This document shows positions 12,330 to 25,375 of a DNA stretch of 52,022 nucleotides, in pieces. This DNA is from Bigelowiella natans CCMP2755. Taxonomy: Eukaryota > Protista > Cercozoa. The DNA is taken from NCBI GenBank assembly GCA_000320545.1, contig ADNK01001551.1, forward strand, positions 1-52,022, read 5' to 3'. The position numbers and the translations under genes are program-made. The first letter of the stretch is position 1. Each line of letters begins with the position of its first letter. Under the pieces are notes generated by a model that did not search any database, was not told the origin of the DNA, and saw only the letters and a list, made by a program, of their open reading frames with translations.

Positions 12330-13909
12330 AATATGCAGGCCATTTAAAAATCATATTTTGTCCTTCATTTATTTATTACGACACATATTAGTAATTAAAA
12401 GTCGAATATTTTCCATGCAGCACTTTCCATGCAGCACAATGCCCTCTAATCACTCTGGAATGTCGCTGAACAAGCACTGGCTCATCTCCGATTCTGTGAA
12501 GGCTACTGTTAGCTTTATCGGCTTCTCTCTCGTCAGCGCTTCTCTAGTTGGGGATTATGAGTCTCCTACGAAAAGGCACATTCAAAGATCGGTGTGTAGC
12601 GCACGAATCGTATTTCTTGTGGTAATGTACTTGACCTCATTCAATGTTGTTTTTGTACTTTCAGGTTCAGATTGCTTTTGTACTTCTATTTTTCTATTTT
12701 TTAGATGGCCACGGTCTTTTAGGAACCAGTTGGCGGTTATATCTTATTTTATCAATTATCATTACGGTATCTAGTTACTACCGAGCATAAGGTGTGTTGC
12801 GTAATAATAAATGTGCTTTAGATTTTGCTGGGGCTTATTGCAATGTACGTAGCTCACGTTCTATTACAAGCAGTGAAAGGGCTAGTTTTCAGAGTGACTC
12901 GTGGATCCATCGGAGGAACATCGAATGTTGACAAATTGTAATTTCATTACGATGTCGTACTGAAGGATCCCTGATCTCAAGATTCCGTTCGCTCTTAGGT
13001 TACTATTTCTAGCCTCACTCTTCATAGCTTCTCAAATTGTACTGGGCATAAGTTCTCTTTTGTTGGATAGCCTAGCCTTGAATGGGTTCCGCTACATGGC
13101 AACAGGCATACTTGCTTTGCTTATTGGGCCATATCTCGTGCATCTTGTGCATCATCTTAAGGTGCACTCACAATATATTTAAATGAATGCAAAGGTTTGA
13201 AATCTATGGTTGCAGATCCAAATTCAAGCTGTAACTTCTAGTATCGATGAAAGAGCTTCGCACGAATTTACACAAGAGAATAGCGAGGTGTTCGGATGGT
13301 TCTTGGTTGTTAGCAAACATCGACAACACAATATTCTTTTATGTTGCATGTAAATTAAGGCCGTGATAGGCACAGCGACTACTAGATTACTGAAGCGTCT
13401 GACTAAAATTTTACTGGTAATTGCCATCAACTACAATTACACTTCCTATCATCACATATCCGATCGTGAAAGTTATATTTGTAGATGTTCGGTACGGCTA
13501 CGGTATTGATTATAATCTCATGCGCCCTTGCAGCAGCTTGGGCACTATCCTCTGATAAAACAAGATTTAGGTCAATCGTAATTGAATTCATATTTTGCAA
13601 TGAATGTGTTCATTAGAACAGCATTCTTAAGTTCTTTGCGTTTTCACTCAGCGATGCTCACAGAGAAGAACTAAGAAATTACGATGCTGTCACCGATTCG
13701 CTCTACTATACACTTTTAGGTATCATATCATCAAAAATTTGTTTTATGGCAATAATTTATGTGGTAGTATTGCCTAGAGAGTAAAATATATAATCTTAAA
13801 AAACTTTTATAATTTAGCCGTGCCATTCACATTCCTTTATTACGCCTGGAATCCAATTTCGAAAATGGAGTGTTATTATGGAAGTCGCCGTCATGAAAGC
13901 TATGAATGA
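12330..13909 (+). CDS. Multi-pass (7TM-like) membrane protein of unknown function (5' end approximate)
   Basis: Successive GT-AG bounded hydrophobic exons: LALNGFRYMATGILALLIGPYLVHLVHHLK; AVIGTATTRLLKRLTKILL; MFGTATVLIIISCALAAAWALSS; last exon AVPFTFLYYAWNPISKMECYYGSRRHESYE* with stop at 13907-13909. Confidence 0.65.
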
Positions 13910-13959
13910 TCCATCAGAATGCAAAAGTCTGAAATCGACTTCGTATAGCAGTCAATTCT

Positions 13960-14480
13960 AATCTTTAATGATGTTACTAGACATTTGTTTGCCTCAGCAC
14001 AGGTGCGTTTGAATGCTAGCTAGCTAGAATGGCCAATCTATCAATGCAAGATGTAAATGCACCTGTGACTAGATCTAGAGATGACTCTATGACTTAACTT
14101 GTCATCGTACAAATGACACAAAATGCACGATGAAATAGCCTTCAAGTGTTCTAGCCGGCTCATTCTGTTGTCTATTCGCGATTCACTCATTGCTGCACAG
14201 TGCTAGAGTGCACGCACTAGCGCAATTGACCTAACTAGCTAGCTAGCTAGCTAGTCTAGTAGTGCCAATGTGCCAATGAATTTGATTGATTTGCTGATCT
14301 AGTTGCGTGCATGCTGATCTGGAAGATGGAATGCAAGAACTTCGCGTTCGACTGTATCACCACGGTCCCACGCAATGATGACCAAAAATTGGGTCGTAAC
14401 GAAATCAAAATTGCTACAAATCTAGAACAAATGGTCATGAAGGACACATCTGATCTGGTAGCATTTGAAATGCAAATCTT
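13960..14480. other. TpA-edited block 2
   Basis: Same composition; (CTAG)5 at 14235-14254; a few unedited TpA remain (gtaa, ttaa, gtac). Confidence 0.85.
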
Positions 14481-14528
14481 CATTCTACTGGACATTTAAA
14501 GAGCGAAATTGTAACATCACACAATTTT

Positions 14529-15737
14529 TTAACTATTTAACTCTTGTAATTTTTTATCTTGCTGTTGTTTTCGTATCAGTTCCCTTGCACCCTCGCGTGA
14601 ATAGCCATGAAATTTTTGCATGTGAACAGACTGTGTTTGGCGTTGTGCAAACCATTTTAGGCAAGTGGGGCAGCGATATGGACGTTCTCCTGTGTGAGTT
14701 CGCTCGTGTTTTGTCAAGTGCACTTTCTGATTGAAAGTCTTTGGACAAATAGGACATTTAAATGGACGAGATCCAGCATGAATGAGTAGATGCCTAGTAA
14801 GATTACCCCTTTGAGCAAAAACTTTGGAACAAACTCTACATGTATTCTTCATTTTTCGTTTTTCAGCAAAATTTGCCGGATTGGCATCTTTTCCTTGAAG
14901 ATATGTTGGTTTAACCGAATCGCGTGCATTGAGGATGCCTGGTATTGGAAGGGGAAATGAAAACGATGATTCGGTAATTTTTTGGTCTTTCATGGCGTTC
15001 TCACCAAGCTTCTCAGGCTCGATCGTATGCAATTTACTACGAAACGATGGTATTGGTATAGAGGTAGATTTCTCCTCGTTATTAAGAGATCTTACAGGTC
15101 TGCGTCTTCTCTGAACGTTGCCTTCAAACCGATGTTTGTTTTTAGAATTTCCCGTGGTGTGAAACTCTAACGTTGCTGCTGCCGGTGATAGGGGACATTT
15201 AGTAGAATTACTATTTCTGGAGTAAGAGTAAGCAGTATGCGGAAGTAAATCTCGAAGCATCTGATGACTCCTATCTTCGTCCCCGCTTCGAAAGCCTTTG
15301 TGGGGCGGTGTATATTCGTTTTGCCTAGCCCCTGTTCTATGAGATCCAAATGGACTATTTATTCTGGAACTAGTTCCAAATTTCTTATTTGCCACTATGA
15401 CGTCCATAGGATTATTTTTCATGCTATGTAGGAGAAACAAGTCACCTTCATATTTTTCTCTGGTTTCATCGGGTGTCGATGGTGATATCATAGGTCGAGG
15501 AGAAAATTTTGCCGCTGAAGCATAGTCACGATCTCGCGTGGAAGAACGATGGGAAGGTAAATTAGAGGAGCTACTAGAACCATTCCACGGCGAAAAGGTC
15601 TGCATAGTAGCATTACCACCAGCTACGTTGGGAGACAGCTGGGCGGCAAAGGAATCTAGCCCAGTCTCGGGAAGGTCAAGCTCCATACCTGTCTCGACCG
15701 GCAAGTCATCTCGCCGGTAAGAGCTGGAATGCGTCAT
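14529..15737 (-). CDS. Intronless C2H2 zinc-finger transcription factor (three C-terminal fingers)
   Basis: Single long ORF, first ATG at 15737; CRVCSKVFAQRGNLTRHLLIH-AGSRPFK-CPICPKTFNQKVHLTKHERTH-TGERPYR-CPTCLKWFAQRQTQSVHMQKFH, with Kruppel-type TGERPY linker and a low-complexity S/P-rich N-terminus. Confidence 0.9.
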   Translation of the reverse strand: MTHSSSYRRDDLPVETGMELDLPETGLDSFAAQLSPNVAGGNATMQTFSPWNGSSSSSNLPSHRSSTRDRDYASAAKFSPRPMISPSTPDETREKYEGDLFLLHSMKNNPMDVIVANKKFGTSSRINSPFGSHRTGARQNEYTPPHKGFRSGDEDRSHQMLRDLLPHTAYSYSRNSNSTKCPLSPAAATLEFHTTGNSKNKHRFEGNVQRRRRPVRSLNNEEKSTSIPIPSFRSKLHTIEPEKLGENAMKDQKITESSFSFPLPIPGILNARDSVKPTYLQGKDANPANFAEKRKMKNTCRVCSKVFAQRGNLTRHLLIHAGSRPFKCPICPKTFNQKVHLTKHERTHTGERPYRCPTCLKWFAQRQTQSVHMQKFHGYSREGARELIRKQQQDKKLQELNS

Positions 15738-16271
15738 TTTAAGCAATTGATGCAATGAGCCGACTTCCCCCCTCCCATCACTTTTCCAAGAGCTTGCTTA
15801 AGCCTATTTGTGCTGCAAAGTCATGGGCTAATCAACAAAAAGGAGAGCTAAAAATAAAGGACGACAACTCGGATTTCGCAATGTCAGCATAATTAAGCTA
15901 ATTTTACCTACGACATCAATCAAGCGGATTTAAATGTAGGAAATAACATGGTTTTTATCGTCGCTTATTCGTCAGTCTAAAAAAGGATGCTGTTTTCTAC
16001 AGAACGGCATGAGAATTATTGTCGCACGGATGGAATCCTCTCCCACTAAACTTGAGTATACTGCAGAGAGGAACTGCCCACATCAATACGCTGTGACAAA
16101 TTATCTTCCATGTCACAGAGAAATACGAGACTAATTTCTCATGCTCTTACGACTCTTACTGCACGAAAAGGATAATCCAGAGTTGCGACAACATTAATGC
16201 GGCATTGCTTTATGTAATTCCATGGGATTTTACAGAATTTGGTTCTAAGTGGCTCATTTTCCGATCTGACA

Positions 16272-18075
16272 ATGTACATAGGCTGCCCGTGGCCACTCGC
16301 CCCCTCACCGCCTGCGCGCCGGAATGACGTTTATTTTTTGTCACATAGGAGGAGTAAAAGAATATCCGAGAACAGCGTGGCACTTATTTCCTTCCTGGCA
16401 GTGGTTGGAGTTGTCGCCTTCTCCTTTATGGGTCGTAGTCAAGTGCTAGAGACAAGCCTCCAGCGATCCGCTCGTCTCTGCCCTAATGGTGTCAATGCGT
16501 TGTCACAAGGAGGACGGGTCATGGGTCGCCATGGAGCGATATTATCTGAGAAACGAACGCGTCCGTTTGGCGTAAATAGCCAGACTTTGGCAGTTTCAGC
16601 AGGTTTTGTGTGTGCACAACTGGAATTTATGTGTGTGGCAGATATAAGTAATCGCGGACGTGTGAGCCGTAATACTTCAGCGCTAAGTATACCACTCAAC
16701 CCGTTTTTCGTAAATTCTAACATTCTTTGATAAAACATCAGAATCGCCTATTGAGATTCTGGATACAAGGACGGAATCTGATGGCAGGTCGTGCGTGTGG
16801 CGTGAGTACTTCAGGGGAACACATGACGACGACAACGCCCTGATGTAGTTGTGGGGAGAGAGAAAGGGAGAAATTCGTCCCATCATTCGAGCGCAATCTT
16901 TAGTTTGTCCGCTCGACCTACGGACTAAGGTGTTTTGTATCCTTTGGACTTAGAACGGAGAAAACTTTCGGGTTTCGCATCACCGGCAGCGAGAAGAGCC
17001 CCTACATAAAGATGAAGATTGCCTCGACGCCAGACACTGAACTCCACGCCGTTACGGGTAGAGAGAGAGTCTCGCACTTTTACATTCCCCCCCCTATTTG
17101 AATAGAATTCGAGTTTGATGCCTCTTCCTCAATTCTTCTTTGTCCCTTCACATACTTGCTCCTGCCAAATCCCTTAAAATCACCCCCTTTAACCCCCTCC
17201 CATTGCCACCCCATTGTAGTTCCTTTTCCTGGGCTTGGGGTTGTCCTGGAGCAGAAGGTACTGAACGACGGGCCTGTGATCGTTGTCGATGCTAAGGAAG
17301 AAACTGGATCGGCTATTGGTACGTCGCGATTTAGCCCGTCATCGGTGTACGCGTGCATCGACGTTTCTATTTTCTCACATCACTGGCCGTTAGTTACAAA
17401 TTAAATTGTGCTGTGTGTGTTTGGGTGAGAGTGTTTTTCTTTATCTTGTGGGGGAACAAGAGGAGGGGTGCGGATGGGAGGGGGGGGGAGGGGGTCTGTA
17501 GGTCAAACGCGCGCTCTTCCTCTTCATCAAAGAAACTCCTTTCTTAATAGACCTTATTTCGCTTATTTCGCTGGCCCTTCTACTTGTCGTCATGCAGGCC
17601 TCTTAGAAGTGGGCGATGTGCTCCGAGCATTCTCTGCCGTCTACACAGTGACTCCTCCTACGGATACGCTAGCTTTCTATGGTACCGCAACACGATGAGA
17701 TGCATGCTGCGGTGTTGGCTTGCCACCCAAAATACGATACCTCAATAAAATTTAACGCCGCCCCCTTGCTTCTTCTTCTCGCAGCTAATCCGCCGAAGAA
17801 GATAAATGTCCGCGGCATGTTCGAAGTAGACGGAAAGAACTTTGCCAAAACGATCGCCGCCCTGAAATCTAACGGTATTGCTTTATCTTCGATGAGAGGG
17901 GAGGGGGGGGCGGTCGGAGGTTAGAGCCGTGTAACGCGCCCTGAGAAATATTATTATGAACGTCAGAATGATGTTCTTTGTCCTTCTTTTTCCGTCCTTG
18001 CTGCTCATTCTCATTTCCAATTGTGCCTCTCAGGCGAGCTCATCGACAGATTTGGGGAGAAAATGGAGGTTAGTC

Positions 18076-18112
<37 letters not shown>

Positions 18113-18270
18113 TATATTTGTGCATGTGTTTGTGTGTGCGCGTGTGCGCGTGTGCGTGCGTGCGTGCGTGTGTGCTTGAGAGTGTATAGAGATAGAAGAG
18201 TTATTCACGATGCTATCATACATAGGTGAATGATATCTCTATCGTTGTCGAGCGGAAGAAGCAAGAATAG
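16272..18270 (+). CDS. Probable plastid-targeted PDZ-like domain protein
   Basis: Leader with hydrophobic segment VALISFLAVVGVVAFSFM then R/S-rich transit-like stretch. Exons VPFPGLGVVLEQ...VIVVD, GLLEVGDVLRAFSAV, MFEVDGKNFAKTIAALKSN and VNDISIVVERKKQE* (stop 18268-18270) follow the PDZ pattern GLG...GD...V+G...+ER. Confidence 0.65.
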
Positions 18271-18399
18271 GCGGCACAGTATTTTGGCACGTATTTCCAA
18301 AATTGCGTCAGGATTGCTGCTTTGTAGAAATTACATCTATCAACGTAGTCTGCTTGAAGACATGATATGTATTAAGTTGTTGATCATTTCGTCAGCATC

Positions 18400-19740
18400 A
18401 AAACGCGCTAATGAGACTAAACAGTTTCGCTCGAAAGCGCATGCCAAGGTGTTTCCAATGAATGCAACAAGAATCATGCAAATTGTTTCGCATGGCGCTA
18501 AGCTGTGCTGCGCTGCCTAAGGCGCACTGGATGGTGAAATTTAGCGCATTTTGCGAATGTTATTTTGTATGCGTGCGGACAGCCAAAACCTGTTTTTCGG
18601 TGCTCAATGCCCTGAATTAGCGAAGCCAAGCACGTCTAGATGTGTGTGCAGCCAGACTATAATGTACTAGACTGCTTAGTGTTAATGGACTATTGTTTTT
18701 TTTTAGTTCTAGAGTTCGACATGCTAGACCAAATCATGATGCATTTTCATGCATGCAACTTGTTGACCAAGGAAACAAACAGACACAATTTAAGCGCTGT
18801 AGCCGCTGCATTGCACAGCTACATTAGGATGACCATTGAAAAAATTTAAACATTTCATTACATCCGTCTCATAGCTAGATAGTGCTAGAGTTGCAAACAT
18901 ACACACATGCTGCTTGCTTTGGGTTCATTTGGCAGAAAAGGTCGTCATGCAAGAATGATCATTATAGAAATTAAAAACAAGGCGCGTACGTGCTGCTAGC
19001 GTTGTGCACATGCACAATAGCATGATCGATGTTAGTAGCTAATTTTAGCGATGCTAATCATGCATGCGCACGCACATGCTAGCATGACTATGTGAGCTGC
19101 ACTAGCGCCTGCAACAGCGTACACAATTATACATGATTGTGTCGGCGGTCTAGCGGTGCGCATGCAGGGCTTAGAGGGGTCGAGAATCTCTGCAGTTTCC
19201 CACGGACAAATGTGGCGCTAGCAGGATTTGTTTGCTCATCGTGTCATCTAGTCATCTAGATCATCATGCCGTACTAGCGTAGCGTAGCATGCCGCCACGC
19301 GCGTGCGCCATGCTAGCATGCGCAGACTTACGAGCTAGCTAGCATGTGAGGTCGCAACAAACTAATCGATGCATGTGTACGAAGCCGAACACATCTCTAG
19401 ATCTAGACATGTCTAAATGTGCAGTCTGCATCTTTGACATCGACAGTGAGCTAATGTTCATGCAGAATTGCCGTGAATAAAGAATCTAGGAATGCATCAT
19501 TTAGTTAGCTAGGGTTTGTGCTACCTGGCGGCGGAAATGTTGGCTTATCGCGAGGCGACGCACAGACCACATGCCTAAACATGCTGGCATGGTTGTTACG
19601 CATGCATGCATGCATGCATGCAAGCGTAGCACTCATTTATACAGTGTTTTTATGCACGACTTGCATGAGATCATCAACGTGCCACACCTAAAAAAATGCA
19701 ATTTGACACCTTCTACAAGTTCCTTCATCTAGCAGCCTGC
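18400..19740. other. TpA-edited block 3
   Basis: TG/CA- and CTAG-rich; contains (CATG)5 at 19601-19620. Confidence 0.85.
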
Positions 19741-19807
19741 TCCTGGTACACAGGAAATGATCATCCACGATCGATAATATCGAAACGGACACCGTGCACC
19801 TCCCAAA

Positions 19808-19997
19808 TCACTCGTCGCTGTTCTCCCCGCCACCATCGTGCACATTCTCCCCCGGTCGCCAAATATGTAGAGAGCTATTCTTGGCCACGCTCGCAAGTAG
19901 CATGTCTTCCTCTGGATGCCAGTCGATGTCGCTGTAGTCGAAACAACATGTAGAAGAGCTCTGACAGTCAGAAGACAGAACACATTTAACAAAACAC

Positions 19998-20033
<36 letters not shown>

Positions 20034-21325
20034 CCCACACCACACCGCGCGTGGCCCTGCTATCTTGGCACATAAGGATCACTCTGCACGATGCCTTTCG
20101 ACTTTCAGCAGGCATTAAAACATCAATCACTACGATATGCTGCCAGACTACTACTACTACTACTACTCCTACTACTCTCACACCTGATTGCGTCGGTGTG
20201 TCCCCCGTGCACGAACCGCATTTCTATTGGGGGGGAGGGAGGGGCCAGTAAATAAGCAAGAGGAACACCACTTAGCAGCCAAAACAGCAGCAGCAGCAGC
20301 AGCAGCAGCAGTAACACACTCTCCAGAACATAACTAGATATACTCTTCCACAGTGCGATATATGCGTGTGTTGGTTGCTTGTTTACCAGAAGGGCCTTCA
20401 TTCGTGTCGCTACTACTTGTCCCTGAAAGTGTAAAGCGAGCGCGCGCGCGAGCGCAGTGTCGTTATTAGCCTGTTAGCTCTCAATGCAGGGTTATTTCCA
20501 TACTCTGCGAATGAACAAAGGCGGCATGCGCCGTACATATGCAGCAATGGCGAAAGACCTGGGGCCTATGACCCATTATATGTTTCATCGACGACTCGTC
20601 GGGGTGGCAAGATCGTGTTTGGCGCCTCGCTCACCTGCGGTAGCTTCCACTTGGGCGGTCACTTTTGACAAGTCCCAGATCACAGCGCGCCTGTTCCGAC
20701 CAGCAGCAACACAAGGCGGGGGGGGGGGGGGGGGGAGGGGAGGGGGGAGGGGGCTAGGTTAGGAAATACCCTTGAACGTGAAAATACTCTCGAAGCCTCG
20801 GGGAGTATCTCCATTCATCATCAAGCCCGGGCCTATGATCTACACGCCGCACACCTTTCTTCTCCAGCCGATGCGAGAATCGTCTCGTTTAGGGATGACC
20901 AGCGCACGGAATTGACCTGTTTTTTGGCGTTCGTTTCGAGCCAGGATGGACAAACCGATCATTGTTTGTTGCTATTCACGGCACCTTCTATCCCCCCCCC
21001 CTCCTTTCCCCGCGCTACCACCATCATTTCCTCTTCTTCTTCTTCTTCTCATTATTATCATTATCAATCGAGAATGTCGAGCCGAAGGCGGAAACGGCCC
21101 AAAAACGCACGCGTAGTTCTAGATCATCACTCTTCCTTTTCCTCCTATCATCGAAGCAAACACGCAATAATAATACTACATACAGGTTTCAGGTGGTCCA
21201 GGGAGAAGAGCTTTCCCCCATCTAAATTACGCAAATCCCACAACGCCACAGTCTTATCGTCAGAGCAAGTGGCCAGCAAGTACCTGGAGGAGGACGGCAA
21301 TCAAATAACACTCGCTGAGCTGCTA

Positions 21326-21367
<42 letters not shown>

Positions 21368-21612
21368 ATGTCACATAACGATGTTGTTCGGTGTGTGAGC
21401 ACTGCCATAGCAGGACCCAAAGACGAGACAGTTCGTGCGAGCGGAAGTTTTTCTTCTATTTTTTTTTTTTGGGGAGGATTTGCTTAGCTATCGAAATCGT
21501 TAATATGGGAGTAAGTGAGGGAGTGTTGGAGGGTGCGCTGAATGAATCACGCTGATATAAGTGTTTTTCTATTGATGAATACTAGAATGCCCTACATCCC
21601 CCATGTATCTAC

Positions 21613-21643
<31 letters not shown>

Positions 21644-21649
21644 CTATAC

Positions 21650-21694
<45 letters not shown>

Positions 21695-22401
21695 GCGTAT
21701 ATAATAAAATCTCTTACTCGCCGAATGGGTTCCATGAGAGCCCGTTTATCCGCAAATCGTGCAATTTCGAGAGTTTCTGATAGTGATTTGATGGGGATTT
21801 CTCATGCGCATAAGTATACCGCATTTGCATTGTTCATTGTGCTTTCATCATCATATATGTCAATAGATGTATATATATATATATATTGTGCGTGTTTATA
21901 TAGGATATGCACACAAGCACACACACAGACACACACACACACACACACACATGTAGATACATACACACTATAATTACTCTCCTCTCTCTCACCACCACCA
22001 TCACAATCATCATCATCGTTCTTTGCTCCCACAACCTGCGTCTCCTTCTTCTTCCTCAAGTCCCAGAAGAGCACGTTCCGACTATCATCACACGATGCGA
22101 AGCAATTCGCCTACCACCGTAATGCGTCGCGTATCAGAGTAACTCGTGTGTAAAGGGTGGGGGGTGGGAGGGGGGCTTGTTCGATGGGTATATTGCAAGG
22201 CCCACTGCAAGCAAACAGGTAAAACAACACAGGAAGATCGTTCCTTGGAGCATATTATGGATATATTCGTTGTTATGTAGCAGTTGCAAGGTTTTATGAG
22301 TCATATTACATCTAAAGGGCTCCACGCTAGGTCCGTCACCATAGAACCCCTCCCAGGCACTAAGGTTTTCAGGGAGAGAGAGAGAGAGTCAGCGAGGGAG
22401 G

Positions 22402-22437
<36 letters not shown>

Positions 22438-24669
22438 CGCATTTGTCCGTCGTTGAGATGAGCTCCCACACGGATCCATCGATGATGTCATCTTTGTTCA
22501 TTAGTAATCAAACCGTTCAAAATATGCTCTTGAGCGCTACAATTATCATCCCCGTTTCTGTTTTTTCTTCTCCACCACTCTCCCCCTCCCCCCCCCCCCC
22601 CTTCCCTTTTGTTTATCAGCAATCAACATGCAGCTGCTTCACCACCACACCTTGGAAAACAGATATGGGAGGCAAAGCACCGCTCTTTGATGACGATGAG
22701 GAAGACGAGCCTGCTGACGAGACAGTCCAAAACTCTATACGGCCTTGGGAACCAGAGACTTGTCGGAATGCAGGGAATCAGCGAAGGGGGAAGGAGGAAG
22801 GAGGGGGGGGTGATTAGACACGCTACACATGTGAAGAACACGCCGATAAAAAAATGTGCAGAAAACGACGAGTATCTAGTCCCAAAAGTTAAATCAAGTT
22901 CCTCTGGCTATTCATTGCATATTGCATACTACACAGGGCATGATTCCTCCTCGTAAAGGCACCGACGATAATGCATCGTTCAATTACTTATATTAGAGGG
23001 TTTCACGACCCCCCATTCCACTGCCCCCCCCCCCTTCTTCGTCCCAGCAAGGCGTGCCACCTAAACGGTATGGTGAAGCACGCAAAAGGCGTGAGGACTT
23101 TTCGGTCACTTTCCGATCGATGATGATGATGCGGACTCTATGTTATTTATACAAACCGAAAGCAAATTCAGAATGCTTTTGGCTCGTATGAAATGCGGGC
23201 GTTGCGGTAATAGTTTTAAGACGTCTCTAGCGGCCTTCATTGGCGCATTCGGTGATGACCTCTTCAAGTGTCGATGACGATGCTTGCGACGAGGATGAGG
23301 CAGTCGTTTTGACCCCCCCCCTCCCCCCTCCTCCCATTCGTCTCTTCCCAACCTTAAACACCTTTAGATCCTAGATGGAAAAGGGACAATACATATAACA
23401 GCCGACACTTCTCGTGGATTGATTCTTCGAATCACGCTGTTAGCAAAGCATCATGTACTGGGTGGGTTGGGGGGGGGGGTGCAGGAGCGAAGAGAGACAA
23501 GTGAACGACGGATGACGAAGGAGAGATTCGTATCCTTTAAGGGAGGAAAAAAAAAAAGTCTACTACTACTGTTACTACTAATACTACTACTACTACTACC
23601 GCAAATTCCGTCTTAGCCGCAATGAGCACACCACCGCCCCTCTTCATTGCGATAGTGCTACTCAGGCCTTCTATCCGACCCTGTTTTGTTGGAAGATAGG
23701 CCAGCATTGCAAAAAAAATTGGCGAGAGGCATCGTGAGGGGGTGGGTGGGTGCGCGGGGGGAGAAACCGTTGATGACCTCAATATTGTGTGAAAGAATCG
23801 TCTTGAAAGTTGCCGGATTTGAAATCTGAGAAAGGCGAATTGTATGGATACAACGGCGCGTGGCGAGGGAGGGAGGAGCAGTGTTTCTTAAAGTTTTTGC
23901 ATGGGTCGCGAATTTTGTGACCTTTCTATCCTCCTCTCTCTCATCGTATTTCTCCTCAATGCCACCGTTTCCTTCTGGCTGAAGAGAAGGCGGAGACAGG
24001 ACTACGATTGAGCTGTTTTCGCGTCCTTCTTCATCATCCCCGTCCTAGCGTATTATGACGATGCGCATTATTGCACACAAGGCAAATATGAACCTTCTCT
24101 CTATAGCACGATCTGCCCTCTCATATTCGAGACGACCGGCTCATATTGGGTGAGTAACAATGGGCTGTGAGGCTGAGTTACTTAGCCAGTTTATCGAACC
24201 AGAAACTAAAAACTAACATTTTTTGCCCCTTATTTCGGCGGGAAAAATACCTTAGACTCCGGATTTGAACCTACGAGGAGGAGGCGGTCGCCATCTGTGC
24301 TGTACGGTGATGGCATCCATTCAACCTAAGAGGTCAATCAATTCCAAGGTCATTTCGTTGAAGAGAACATCGAGTTTGGGCTGTAATATATGCCATTAGA
24401 CACATACACTAGCAGAGGGCCTTTCGAGCCTTTTGGTACAGAGCGTCTGGTACAAATAAGGAACGTTCTCTTTCCAGACTCTGTGTTATTTGTATTGGCG
24501 GACATAGCCGTTCAAATGAGCTACATGTTGCAGCATGAAATCTGCAGCCCTACGACTGAAATCCTGTCAAAATTGGAAAAAAGCTAAGTCCATCCCATCA
24601 TGTAACATACTGATGCTCGGCTGCGATTAAGTCGGACTCCTTCTCCTCGGAGGAGGCAGCTGCCGCCAT
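19808..24669 (-). CDS. RBBP4: WD40 histone-binding protein, RBBP4/MSI1 (CAF-1 subunit C) family, divergent
   Basis: MAAAASSEEKESDLIAAEHQ|VWKENVPYLYQTLCTKRLERPSAS|VEWMP...RLLLVGS (CAF1C H4-binding region); RINGLSWNPFGE|YLLATCSDDKTVALWDLRNL; VNSVRWSSLNETILASAGEER|RAVIWDLSK; EMRFVHGGHTDAI|SDIDWHPEEDMLLASVAKNSSLHIW...DE*. All colinear with RBBP4 motifs. Confidence 0.9.
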
Positions 24670-24869
24670 GATGTAAGTTGCACAGCACTCCAGGAAATGA
24701 AATAGGTTATGAACCAAATATATCGCGTCTTCTTTTAGCGACAATGAAATTATGATGACGCTGCTTATTATTGTAATAAAAAGAAATGTCGTGAATTCTA
24801 ACAAAGCGACAGGTATCTATAGCTGTCGCATCTTTTCACAACTTCTCGTACGTTCTTGCTTTCTGCCTT

Positions 24870-25375
24870 CGAGTAGATCAAATATAATCGTTAACTTGTT
24901 TTTGAAAATAAGAGATTAACGGAGACGACCTCCCAACTGCCAAATCCCCGGCTATTTTCACATTTTAGATGATCTTGCCGAAAGCCCACCGGAATATCCT
25001 CGATTGTGCACTAAATTCTCGGTTGATTTATCAACAGTGTGGGTCATTTTGGTTTATTGCCCATAGAATTTTTGGCCATTGTGTAGGTTCCAGAGATACA
25101 AAACGACGAGTCAAGACCCCTCAAATATCTGCGCAGAAGACAGTAGTAGTTTCCAGGGTTAAATTTGTCCGAATAATCATGTTTTACGACATTGATATGG
25201 CTGAAAAATTACAGGATTCGGGAATCCCAGATAAAATCCCGGTCTAATTTGAGATGTAGGGTACCTCCATCAGTTTGTCTGTTTGATTCTCTTACAAATG
25301 CAGACTCAGCCCCGCGAGAAATGCCTCACGCCGCCCCCGTGTAGCCGTTTAACAAATCGCCCAGTCAGTTTGTAG
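24870..25375 (+). CDS. Possible small spliced gene of unknown function
   Basis: Several AG-preceded open segments (DDLAESPPEYPRLCTKFSVDLST; TQPREKCLTPPPCSRLTNRPVSL*) followed by an AT-rich UTR-like tract. Strand and structure are not secure. Confidence 0.25.

Noticed and set aside
24255-24300. tRNA-like T-arm GGTTCAAATCC on the minus strand
   Set aside because: It lies inside the RBBP4-like coding exon (RLLLVGSNPESK), and I see no acceptor stem, D-arm or anticodon arm.
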